This document shows positions 1-6,702 of a DNA stretch of 64,000 bases, one piece after another. Origin of the DNA: a virus; IMG/VR virus record IMGVR_UViG_3300028534_000004, positions 1-64,000 of that record; one strand, written 5' to 3'. Every line of letters starts with the position of its first letter. The first letter of the stretch is position 1. The notes beneath the pieces are model-generated. The model was not told the DNA's origin. It saw only the letters and a program-made list of their open reading frames with translations, and searched no databases. The position numbers and the translations under genes were made by a program.

Positions 1-58
1 CAATGTCGTCTATTCTTACATATTTCCTTAGAGCTTCGGAATCAAAAAATTCTTTCAT
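1..58 (-). CDS. hypothetical protein, N-terminal fragment (gene runs off the left edge)
   Basis: Minus-strand ATG at 58-56, 11 nt downstream of the stop of 70..969. The frame stays open to position 1 (MKEFFDSEALRKYVRIDDI...). Confidence 0.35.
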   Translation of the reverse strand, partial: MKEFFDSEALRKYVRIDDI

Positions 59-69
59 AGTTTTTAGTT

Positions 70-969
70 TTAGTGATTATTTTCGTAATTAACGTTCTTT
101 AAAAATTCATACAGTTTAAAATTCCATCTGGCATCTTCTAATGCCAAATGAACATTTTCTTGTTTAGGATAATTGTAGAATCCTTCTAAAATTTCCTTTC
201 TATCGGTAGATATTTTCATAGTTACTAACTTACTACCTAATACATCTGTTACATCGTTTAAATTTTTAATACAACGTTCCTTTTCTTTGTTATTTTGAAA
301 ACAATAGCCATCTTCTGTTAAATCATCGAAAAACCAAACTTTATCCAAGTCCAAATTTTCTGCTGTTTCATCAAACATTTGTTTTAAATCCCTACAATAC
401 ATTGGAAAATACTTAGGTAAGTTAATCATTTTGCCATATAATTGAGAAAGAACTACCCAATCATAATCTGCATAGTATCCATAAAACTCCGGAAAATAAT
501 AATCCATATTTTTTAATAGAGTTTCCATTCTTGATATGTATTCCATATCAGAATTATCTAATACATAAGGAGTACCAAAAATGCCCAATACATCCTCAAA
601 AGCAATGAATCTTTTTATTTCCTTTGCAATTTCCTCTTTTGTTTTACCATATTTCTTAATTAATCTCTTGAAATTTCTTAAACTATTGTGAAAAGATTTA
701 TTGTCTTGTTTAGATAACTCTATATGTATAGGATGTAGGACATTATCTCTTAACCAATAATCCTTGTTTCCTTCTTCGTCTAATTGATAACTGTACCAAG
801 CATCTTCTACATCGAATTCTTTTGAAATAGCATAATAATTAGCTCCTGTTTCTCGTACAATAGCAATAGATATTAAATCTATTGTGGGGATAGGCTTACC
901 TATCTTAATACCTAAAATATTAGGTCGTTTGTGATACTCATGAAATTCCGTATCAATAAAATACTTCAT
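70..969 (-). CDS. DEDDh (DnaQ-like) 3'-5' exonuclease / exoribonuclease
   Basis: 299-aa ORF with three ordered motifs: FIDTEF (ExoI D-x-E), YYADYDWV (ExoII) and HLALEDARW (ExoIII H-x4-D). Confidence 0.75.
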   Translation of the reverse strand: MKYFIDTEFHEYHKRPNILGIKIGKPIPTIDLISIAIVRETGANYYAISKEFDVEDAWYSYQLDEEGNKDYWLRDNVLHPIHIELSKQDNKSFHNSLRNFKRLIKKYGKTKEEIAKEIKRFIAFEDVLGIFGTPYVLDNSDMEYISRMETLLKNMDYYFPEFYGYYADYDWVVLSQLYGKMINLPKYFPMYCRDLKQMFDETAENLDLDKVWFFDDLTEDGYCFQNNKEKERCIKNLNDVTDVLGSKLVTMKISTDRKEILEGFYNYPKQENVHLALEDARWNFKLYEFLKNVNYENNH

Positions 970-973
970 AGGT

Positions 974-1522
974 TTATATTTCTAACGGGTTAATGTTTTT
1001 CTGACCTTTAGTCTTTACTTCTACTAATTCATTGTACATATCCTTTCTTAGTTTCTGTAAGTTAGAAAGTATCTCTCTTGTTTGTTTTAATGAATTAGCA
1101 ATATCAGCAGGCTTGTATACAGGATAACCTGATTTGGTTCTTTCAGATAAATCTACCTGATTTAAAAACTTAATTAGCTCCATAGATGCTTTTAAACTTG
1201 AGTTCAATAATCTATATCCTATACTTAAATCATTTAACCAAGTTTCGTAAGTTTCTATAGCTGACTTTACCAATTTATCAGGCTTATAGTCCTCCCCTAC
1301 TATACTCTCTAAAATAAATTGGTGTCTTTCCTCTTTATCCAAATCTTTAAAAGGATTAGACTCATAAGGAGAAACCATAAATTCTATATAAGAGAAATCT
1401 CTCATGGCTTTCCCTTTCTTACTGTGTTTGTCCCTCTTCCAAATGCTTTTGAAGGGTTCTATTAGTAAAATATCTTCTGTTGGCTTCACAGAACCATCCT
1501 CTATCCGGAATATCTTTACCAT
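974..1522 (-). CDS. hypothetical protein
   Basis: 182-aa ORF in the leftward operon. Its first 104 nt overlap the upstream ORF; an internal ATG at 1405 would remove the overlap. No recognisable motif. Confidence 0.55.
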   Translation of the reverse strand: MVKIFRIEDGSVKPTEDILLIEPFKSIWKRDKHSKKGKAMRDFSYIEFMVSPYESNPFKDLDKEERHQFILESIVGEDYKPDKLVKSAIETYETWLNDLSIGYRLLNSSLKASMELIKFLNQVDLSERTKSGYPVYKPADIANSLKQTREILSNLQKLRKDMYNELVEVKTKGQKNINPLEI

Positions 1523-1901
1523 CTCTTTTATACTTTTTATATTGTTGACAAAATTTAATTACCCTAGGGTATAAGTTAACATAAGTATGCCTGTAATAAT
1601 AACTCTCTCTTATTAATGTAGGCAGTAAATAGCTCATATTATCCTCAAAAAAAGCATCATTTATATTTCCCTTTTCCCACCTTATAATATTAGCCTTCGC
1701 GTAATCTAAAACCTTGAAGTTCCTTCTTATAAAACTACCTAAATACTGTAGCCTTATATCAGGTAAATTTTCGTGTTTCATGAACTTTCTTACTCCATAA
1801 TAAATAGTATTCACTATATCTTCTATTTCTTTTAATGAATAACCTTTATCACGTCCTATCTCTAAATAGTATTTTCTAACTAATTCTTTTGTAGTCATCA
1901 T
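1419..1901 (-). CDS. hypothetical protein
   Basis: 160-aa ORF with no recognisable motif. Its 3' end overlaps 974..1522 in another frame. Confidence 0.55.
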   Translation of the reverse strand: MMTTKELVRKYYLEIGRDKGYSLKEIEDIVNTIYYGVRKFMKHENLPDIRLQYLGSFIRRNFKVLDYAKANIIRWEKGNINDAFFEDNMSYLLPTLIRESYYYRHTYVNLYPRVIKFCQQYKKYKRDGKDIPDRGWFCEANRRYFTNRTLQKHLEEGQTQ

Positions 1902-2226
1902 TGATTATTTTAAATGCGTAAGACTGTTCTTGGCTATCAGGAAATAAATAAGGTCTTATTATTTCATCGTTCTCTATACGAACAATATATCCCTTATCTC
2001 TTAAAGAACGTAAATGATTGCCCAATACACCATGACTGATGTTCAAATTATTTCTTACAATCTTTCTTCCTTGTGTTTTTAATCTTATTATCTCGGGAAG
2101 ACGTAAAAATTCTGCTAAAATAACAATCTCTGTTTCCGATAACTTGACGGGAAGGAAATTGTTGATAATACTTAGGTGTAATTGGTAAAATTCTCTCTCG
2201 GTTAAGTTTACTTGCTTAGTAATCAT
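1876..2226 (-). CDS. winged-helix (MarR/ArsR-like) DNA-binding protein
   Basis: 116-aa ORF. The segment ISHGVLGNHLRSLRDKGYIVRIENDEI fits a recognition helix plus wing. First gene of the leftward operon. Confidence 0.55.
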   Translation of the reverse strand: MITKQVNLTEREFYQLHLSIINNFLPVKLSETEIVILAEFLRLPEIIRLKTQGRKIVRNNLNISHGVLGNHLRSLRDKGYIVRIENDEIIRPYLFPDSQEQSYAFKIINDDYKRIS

Positions 2227-2237
2227 TTTTTTTATTG

Positions 2238-2245
2238 CAAATATA
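2238..2245 (-). promoter_or_regulatory. Bacteroidota-type -7 promoter box (TAnnTTTG)
   Basis: Minus strand reads TATATTTG, 11 nt upstream of the ATG at 2226. Confidence 0.4.
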
Positions 2246-2368
2246 AGAATAAAATTTAAAGTTTACAATGTGGATGTTAAATGTTGGTGTTTGTGTGAGT
2301 GTATATGAAAAAGCCCCCGCCTCTTTTTTAAAATCCGAAAGTATCCCCCCCCCATGACAAAAACACAA

Positions 2369-2382
2369 CCATAAGAACTAGT
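2369..2382 (+). promoter_or_regulatory. phage promoter-like box, copy 1 (CCATAAGAACTAgT)
   Basis: One of five copies of the same 13-14 nt box (2369, 2856, 4045, 4688, 5762). This copy lies 11 nt upstream of the ATG at 2394. Confidence 0.5.
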
Positions 2383-2393
2383 AACTTAACCTA

Positions 2394-2678
2394 ATGTCGA
2401 CACAGGAACATAGTTTCCTGTCCATAGCAGATTTTAAGTCTGCTATAGGAACGAATAAGCTTGTTATCAAGCATATTCGTCCCAAGGACGGGAAAGATTA
2501 TGTTGCTGTGATAGACGACAAAGACGAAATAGTAGGATTTGCGAATCCTGCTATTGACTGGACTAACATTAGTCCAGACAAACTCGTCGTTGTTGTCTAT
2601 CATGACGTTGACGAAGATGGTAATTCAACAGAGAATTACTATCTGACTCTTCGTCGTGATGTCCTTGCAGTATTGTAA
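2394..2678 (+). CDS. hypothetical early protein
   Basis: 94-aa ORF starting 11 nt after box copy 1. The coding sequence contains perfect hairpins, e.g. ATAGCAGA/TCTGCTAT at 2424-2446 and CTGGACTAA/TTAGTCCAG at 2558-2577. Confidence 0.6.
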   Translation: MSTQEHSFLSIADFKSAIGTNKLVIKHIRPKDGKDYVAVIDDKDEIVGFANPAIDWTNISPDKLVVVVYHDVDEDGNSTENYYLTLRRDVLAVL

Positions 2679-2855
2679 GGTAATCACAGCGACATGACCC
2701 TTGGTGTTGGGGGATATACGACACAAAATCCCATGCTGCTATAGCGTGGTCTGTGTGAGCAGGGTTGAAGTCACTAAAAGGCTTTCCGCAGCATCTCACA
2801 ATACAGACCACGCAGGGAATTCTCTGTTATGGCTTTGTATCTTTTTTGAAGACCA

Positions 2856-2869
2856 CCATAAGAACTAAT
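2856..2869 (+). promoter_or_regulatory. phage promoter-like box, copy 2 (CCATAAGAACTAAT)
   Basis: Exact box 11 nt upstream of the ATG at 2881 and directly after a T-run (2842-2847). Confidence 0.5.
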
Positions 2870-2880
2870 TACAAAGTCTA

Positions 2881-2961
2881 ATGCTGTTTACAATTGTATT
2901 CGGCTTTGTTGCTATGGCAGGTTTTGCTGCCATAACAGCAATATTGCAAGGTGAAGAATAG
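2881..2961 (+). CDS. 26-aa hydrophobic peptide (MLFTIVFGFVAMAGFAAITAILQGEE), putative
   Basis: ATG placed relative to the box as in copy 1. Encodes a single transmembrane-like helix. Below the ORF-track size cutoff. Confidence 0.35.
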   Translation: MLFTIVFGFVAMAGFAAITAILQGEE

Positions 2962-3519
2962 TAACCTTGCAACATATCCGACTAGGGGTAGCTAGTTTCG
3001 GATATGGCCAACGGCATTGGCGCAAATCTACCCATTAGCCTAAAGGCAGCGCCCTTCTTATCCTGCAAGAAGTAAAATAAAGCAGGTTTCCCGTGAGTCT
3101 AGCACTCTTGACGGGAGTAAATAAAAAGTATTAGAGTGCCTTCCGCCAGGAAGTAAAAAGGGTTGTAGAGTTGGCTGCTCTACGTAAAATTATGCTCCTG
3201 TCACAGTAACCTATACTCTACTGTGATTAACAGGTAATCATAGGTTGTCCTAAAGCATGGCCTTGGACGTAAAACATAGGCTTTTTTTAATAACCGTAAC
3301 CACTAACGGTATATAAATAAGTGGTTCAGCTACGTGCTTTGTCCTCTTTCTGGTAGCTGGTAAAATATAGGTTAAAGGGGTCGTAGTAGGTTGTCCTTTT
3401 CCTGCTACATAAAAGAAGGAAAAAGGTCGTGTTCAGGTGATTCCCAGCCTGACACGTAAAAGATAGAAATGGGATACAAGGCAGAGAAGTGAAATAGCGA
3501 CTCTGCCTTGTTTTTCTTT
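2962..3519 (+). ncRNA. ORF-free tandem stem-loop array (structured RNA or long 3' UTR)
   Basis: About 560 nt with no credible ORF and at least 12 consecutive stem-loops, e.g. GTAGAG/CTCTAC at 3165-3183, TCACAGTA/TACTGTGA and CAGCTAC/GTAGCTG. Nine of them are followed directly by GTAAAA or a near variant (3072, 3117, 3153, 3184, 3234, 3269, 3360, 3409, 3456). Confidence 0.6.
3477..3519 (+). terminator. intrinsic terminator
   Basis: 10-bp stem CAAGGCAGAG (3477-3486) / CTCTGCCTTG (3501-3510) followed by TTTTTCTTT. Confidence 0.75.
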
Positions 3520-3543
3520 ATAAAAAAATTAAAAAACAATATT

Positions 3544-3762
3544 ATGACAGGAAAAGAAATCCTTGAAACCCTTATTTCTAAGGGTTTCAAAATTTCAGGA
3601 GATGTAGCAATATCTCCTGAAGACAAATTTCGCATTCACCTCGAAAGAGGTGAGTGTGGAATAAGACCATACATGTTTAAGATTAAAAGAGGCGTAAAAA
3701 TAAGAATTTACGCCTCTACAGATACCGTAAACTGGTTAGACGTTCTTATGGAATACGTCTAA
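3544..3762 (+). CDS. hypothetical early protein (72 aa from ATG 3544; the track ORF starts at TTG 3508 inside the terminator stem)
   Basis: ORF in which five perfect hairpins of 7-11 bp (3563-3590, 3595-3620, 3636-3653, 3688-3717, 3734-3764) cover more than half of the coding sequence. Confidence 0.5.
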   Translation: MTGKEILETLISKGFKISGDVAISPEDKFRIHLERGECGIRPYMFKIKRGVKIRIYASTDTVNWLDVLMEYV

Positions 3763-3836
3763 CCATATGTTATTCCCCACACAGTACGGCGCTATATAAA
3801 TACGCTGTATGGGGACTATAAGCGCCAGTATAACAT

Positions 3837-3932
3837 CCCACAGATACACAGCGAGGATTGTAATCACAATCTGATGACCTGTGTTGATGGACAGCCAATG
3901 GAAAGTAGGTTCAACTCCTACCTGCGGGACCA
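3837..3932 (+). tRNA. tRNA-like element with encoded CCA (not a canonical tRNA)
   Basis: Acceptor stem CCCACAG (3837-3843) / CTGCGGG (3922-3928) with one A-C mismatch. Canonical T arm GTAGG-TTCAACT-CCTAC (3905-3921), discriminator A and CCA (3930-3932). The 61 nt in between have no D arm and no 7-nt anticodon loop; they form an ACACAG/CTGTGT stem enclosing GATTGT-AATC-ACAATC. Confidence 0.55.
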
Positions 3933-3955
3933 TAAAGCCCCTTAATCGGGGAAGT

Positions 3956-4017
3956 CCTACACAGAAAAACTATCAGCCCAAGAGGTAGATAGTCACTGCT
4001 GTGTAGGTCGTTTTTTT
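3956..4017 (+). terminator. intrinsic terminator (long hairpin)
   Basis: CCTACACAG (3956-3964) / CTGTGTAGG (3999-4007), with an inner ACTATC/GATAGT stem, followed by TCG and T7 (4011-4017). Confidence 0.7.
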
Positions 4018-4044
4018 ATACGGTTTTCTTTCTTTTTTATTTCA

Positions 4045-4058
4045 CCATAAGAACTAAT
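4045..4058 (+). promoter_or_regulatory. phage promoter-like box, copy 3 (CCATAAGAACTAAT)
   Basis: Exact box directly after the terminator at 3956-4017 and 21 nt upstream of the ATG at 4080. Confidence 0.5.
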
Positions 4059-4079
4059 AACTAAATTAAAGTTATACCC

Positions 4080-4238
4080 ATGTTCCCGGGTATCAAAATT
4101 CATTGTTTCGCAGACAATGAAGCCTATTTTAGGCATAGGGAAAACACGGTAGAAGTGGAGATGTGCTTACATCAAGAGCTTCTACTAAGCCGTGGGGAGG
4201 ACAAAAGCTTTAGCGAGCTACAAATCTCCCAGTGTTGA
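4080..4238 (+). CDS. 52-aa hypothetical peptide, putative
   Basis: First ATG after box copy 3 (MFPGIKIHCFADNEAYFRHRENTVEVEM...). Short, with no motif, so it could instead be part of the structured RNA. Confidence 0.3.
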   Translation: MFPGIKIHCFADNEAYFRHRENTVEVEMCLHQELLLSRGEDKSFSELQISQC

Positions 4239-4678
4239 TAGTAAAGAGTTACTGCGCTAACAGTAACGTGGTTGCTATCAAAATAAGAGTTTTATCACTT
4301 TCTCTTATAATGCGAATTATCTCACCCCAGAAAAATGGTCTGGGTTAAAAAAGTGAACTTCCGAATAGGGAAGGGTTTAGCTACAACGGGTAATACTGTT
4401 GTAGTCCCGAAAGGGTGCTATTGGATTCTGTCCCAGCAGATGAAAATAGTAATGTGAATTCTAGGGTCTTGCGCAAGCTACTAGAAGGAGCATAGAACCT
4501 ATCGGAAGTAATGAGGTTGGCAACCTACCAAATTGCCTTAACCTAAGTGGTGAAGGGACTTACCATCCCGTTGGCAGCCTTCTTCAGTGAATCTGATTGA
4601 AGTATCACCACATGCGAGTTGAGACCTTGTCATAAAACTCGCTTAAGGAATCGCCTCTATGGCGGTTCCTTATTTTTT
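4239..4678 (+). ncRNA. ORF-free structured region (second stem-loop block)
   Basis: About 440 nt with no ORF of 60 aa or more on the + strand. Contains nested hairpins, e.g. TTGATAG..GTTACTG-CGCTAA-CAGTAAC..CTATCAA (4234-4280), ATAAGAG/CTCTTAT, CTACAAC/GTTGTAG, CCC-GAAA-GGG and GCGAGTT/AACTCGC. Confidence 0.5.
4645..4678 (+). terminator. intrinsic terminator
   Basis: 11-bp stem AAGGAATCGCC / GGCGGTTCCTT (one G-U pair) with loop TCTAT, followed by ATTTTTT. Confidence 0.75.
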
Positions 4679-4687
4679 ATAATACCA

Positions 4688-4701
4688 ACATAAGAACTAA
4701 T
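4688..4701 (+). promoter_or_regulatory. phage promoter-like box, copy 4 (aCATAAGAACTAAT)
   Basis: Differs from the other copies at one base. Sits directly after the terminator at 4645-4678 and 39 nt upstream of the ATG at 4741. Confidence 0.45.
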
Positions 4702-4740
4702 TGCTAAGTTTAAGTTTTAAACTTTAAAATTTATCTAACT

Positions 4741-5700
4741 ATGGGTCAAGATATCAAAGTGAGCGCAAGAATGCGCTCACAAAAAAGAGAAATTGCTCTG
4801 GAGGTGGACTCCAGAGCACATTCCGCTATTGAAAGTAGCGGAATTAAATTCAAGGAAGGCATCGAAAATGCCTTCTGCGAATTCTCTAGGAATTTCCCTG
4901 GAGAGGAATTTGCAGTAGAAACTGCAAGTTCAAAAGATTTCGAGCCTGACTATGAATTTAAGGCTCGATTAAAAAACGGAGAATATTTTAATATTCTCCA
5001 AAATTACACCCCAAGCGATGCATGGGATGATGAAAAAGAAGGTGACGAAATCACCTTTGAATATTTGAACGCGTATGAGTTTCACAAGAACTCATATATA
5101 ACAATGTTCAAATATAAAAATTCAGACCTAATTTATTACTCAGGTCTGAGTAAAAATGAAGTTAAACTCCTTATGGAGTTACTTCAACAGGAATTTTCGC
5201 TTGATTATGTAACGTCAAACGAAATAAACCAAGTATTAGTCAAAGATACTTGGGAAAAATTTTCTTCGCTACCAACAGAAGTTCAACAAATGTTAGGAGT
5301 GAAATACGAATTTGTTCTGGAAGAAATTCCAGAACAAATAAGAAGAGTATTAAATACTCTTCCTTACTATCTGGGAGGAGAACCAGATAATAAGAAATAT
5401 TTCGGTATTGATAAAAAAATCGTAGCCGAAATAGAAAATAAAAAAATAGACGCAAATAAATTTTGCATCTATTCAAAAAACGGAGAGAAGTACATCTTCT
5501 GCTCCGACGAGTATTATCCCAAGCTTGCTTATGCAGTCGCTTGGGGAGTTATTGACTTATCAGAGTATAAGTACTCTGACAAAAATGAATTCTTCCAGCA
5601 AAAATATGAAAAGTGGCTGGAAGAAAACAATTACTCGCGTATGAGAGAATACGCAGGAATAGGATGTAGAAAAATCGAATACTTCAATCTCTACATCTAA
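4741..5700 (+). CDS. hypothetical early protein (319 aa)
   Basis: A 960-nt ORF is too long to arise by chance in stop-rich DNA. No recognisable motif. The coding sequence carries at least 15 perfect stems of 7 bp or more. Confidence 0.75.
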   Translation: MGQDIKVSARMRSQKREIALEVDSRAHSAIESSGIKFKEGIENAFCEFSRNFPGEEFAVETASSKDFEPDYEFKARLKNGEYFNILQNYTPSDAWDDEKEGDEITFEYLNAYEFHKNSYITMFKYKNSDLIYYSGLSKNEVKLLMELLQQEFSLDYVTSNEINQVLVKDTWEKFSSLPTEVQQMLGVKYEFVLEEIPEQIRRVLNTLPYYLGGEPDNKKYFGIDKKIVAEIENKKIDANKFCIYSKNGEKYIFCSDEYYPKLAYAVAWGVIDLSEYKYSDKNEFFQQKYEKWLEENNYSRMREYAGIGCRKIEYFNLYI

Positions 5701-5706
5701 TTCGAT

Positions 5707-5756
5707 AAAACCGTATTATACATATTATATATATAATACGGTTTTATTTTCTTTTG
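5707..5756 (+). terminator. intrinsic terminator
   Basis: 14-bp perfect stem AAAACCGTATTATA (5707-5720) / TATAATACGGTTTT (5732-5745) followed by ATTTTCTTTT. Confidence 0.8.
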
Positions 5757-5761
5757 AACTA

Positions 5762-5775
5762 CCATAAGAACTAAT
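5762..5775 (+). promoter_or_regulatory. phage promoter-like box, copy 5 (CCATAAGAACTAAT)
   Basis: Exact box directly after the terminator at 5707-5756 and 37 nt upstream of the ATG at 5813. Confidence 0.5.
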
Positions 5776-5812
5776 AACGAAAGCAAAGTTAAAAATTTTA
5801 AAACTAGCTAAA

Positions 5813-6526
5813 ATGAAAAAAGTTATCGTATCTCCGGGAAATATCCCGGGGATTAAACACATCTATGAAACTGAGACTTCTTATGAAGTCTCAAAGAGTT
5901 TTGACCGCTGGCAATTGAAAGTCAGCACAAAGGTCAAAGCTAAATGGGTTCGTAAAAACGAATCCAAAGTTTCAGACTTGTTCTCAGGTAATTCTGAGGG
6001 CAAACTCGGAAACAAAGACGAATACGTCTACAACTCCTGGAGACCGTTGTCTCCAGAGATAGGCAAGAAACTTGACTCGAAGGAGATTACTCCTGAGAAA
6101 ATAGTCGAGCTTGCTGAAAAAGACGAGTTGATGACACTTATGGTGATTTCTCACAAAGGAATTATCATGACAGTTAAAGACAAAGCTCGTCTTAACTATG
6201 CCAAACGTGAATCTCCCGAAGCTTATCAGGAAGCTATCGAGGAGATTAACAAGAACCAATACTTCGAAGTAGTTGACGAAACTACTGGCGAGGTCAGAAG
6301 TTCTTGGTCTACTAAAGTAGTTGCTTCTGCTAAGAAGTACTCTACTGGCCTTGCAGAAGCCTTTGGCGTTGAGGTTTTCGAAAAGAAATGGGTAACTTCT
6401 ACTTCAGGTATCAAAGTATACCTGAGTGACGAATTTCCTCATGTGCTCTCTCTTGAGAAAACTGAGGAAAGTCATAAGAAAGAACTCGATTTGCAACCTG
6501 ACTCAGGTGACGAACTCGGGTTCTAA
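5813..6526 (+). CDS. hypothetical early protein with an SSB-like acidic C-terminal tip (…PDSGDELGF)
   Basis: 237-aa ORF. The C-terminus resembles the SSB-Ct motif (D-D-D-I-P-F) and the tail of the SSB candidate at 22418..23125 (…DSDELPF). Contains several perfect hairpins, e.g. TGAGACTTC/GAAGTCTCA and CTGGAGAC/GTCTCCAG. Confidence 0.7.
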   Translation: MKKVIVSPGNIPGIKHIYETETSYEVSKSFDRWQLKVSTKVKAKWVRKNESKVSDLFSGNSEGKLGNKDEYVYNSWRPLSPEIGKKLDSKEITPEKIVELAEKDELMTLMVISHKGIIMTVKDKARLNYAKRESPEAYQEAIEEINKNQYFEVVDETTGEVRSSWSTKVVASAKKYSTGLAEAFGVEVFEKKWVTSTSGIKVYLSDEFPHVLSLEKTEESHKKELDLQPDSGDELGF

Positions 6527-6535
6527 AGGAAATTA

Positions 6536-6674
6536 GGGGTATTTTGACGTAGAATAGAGTCGTGTACTCTTGTCAGAATACCCCTTCTCCTCCTACTCCC
6601 AACTCAAAAAATCACAACAAAAGACTTTCATGTCTTTTAATATAGCGTTATTGCTTCGTGATTTTTTTTGAGTT
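6536..6674 (+). other. two long nested inverted repeats in an intergenic region
   Basis: GGGGTATTTTGAC (6536-6548) / GTCAGAATACCCC (6572-6584). Then AACTCAAAAAATCAC (6601-6615) / GTGATTTTTTTTGAGTT (6658-6674), which encloses AAAAGAC-TTTCAT-GTCTTTT. Confidence 0.6.
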
Positions 6675-6702
6675 ACAACTTCTTCTTCGAAGAAGGTAAT
6701 TC

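Noticed and set aside
1405-1535. 104-nt overlap between 1419..1901 and 974..1522 as a programmed frameshift site
   Set aside because: No X-XXY-YYZ slippery heptamer is present (only ATAAAAAGT, with five A residues), and there is no obvious downstream stimulatory structure. An internal ATG at 1405 or a simple overlap explains it.
2962-3519. Possible CRISPR array or type III toxin-antitoxin (ToxI-like) repeat array
   Set aside because: There is no conserved direct repeat of 20 nt or more. Only the 6-nt GTAAAA linker recurs, and the stems are all different. No cas or toxN-like gene is adjacent. It is kept as a hairpin-array finding instead.
2391-3933. Minus-strand ORFs 2391..2603, 2569..2811, 3405..3635 and 3736..3933, and the + strand ORF 14045..14257
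   Set aside because: They are antisense to, or overlap, hairpin-rich or tRNA-like sequence. Palindromic DNA keeps both strands partly open. They have no start context, and the + strand units carry the promoter boxes and terminators.
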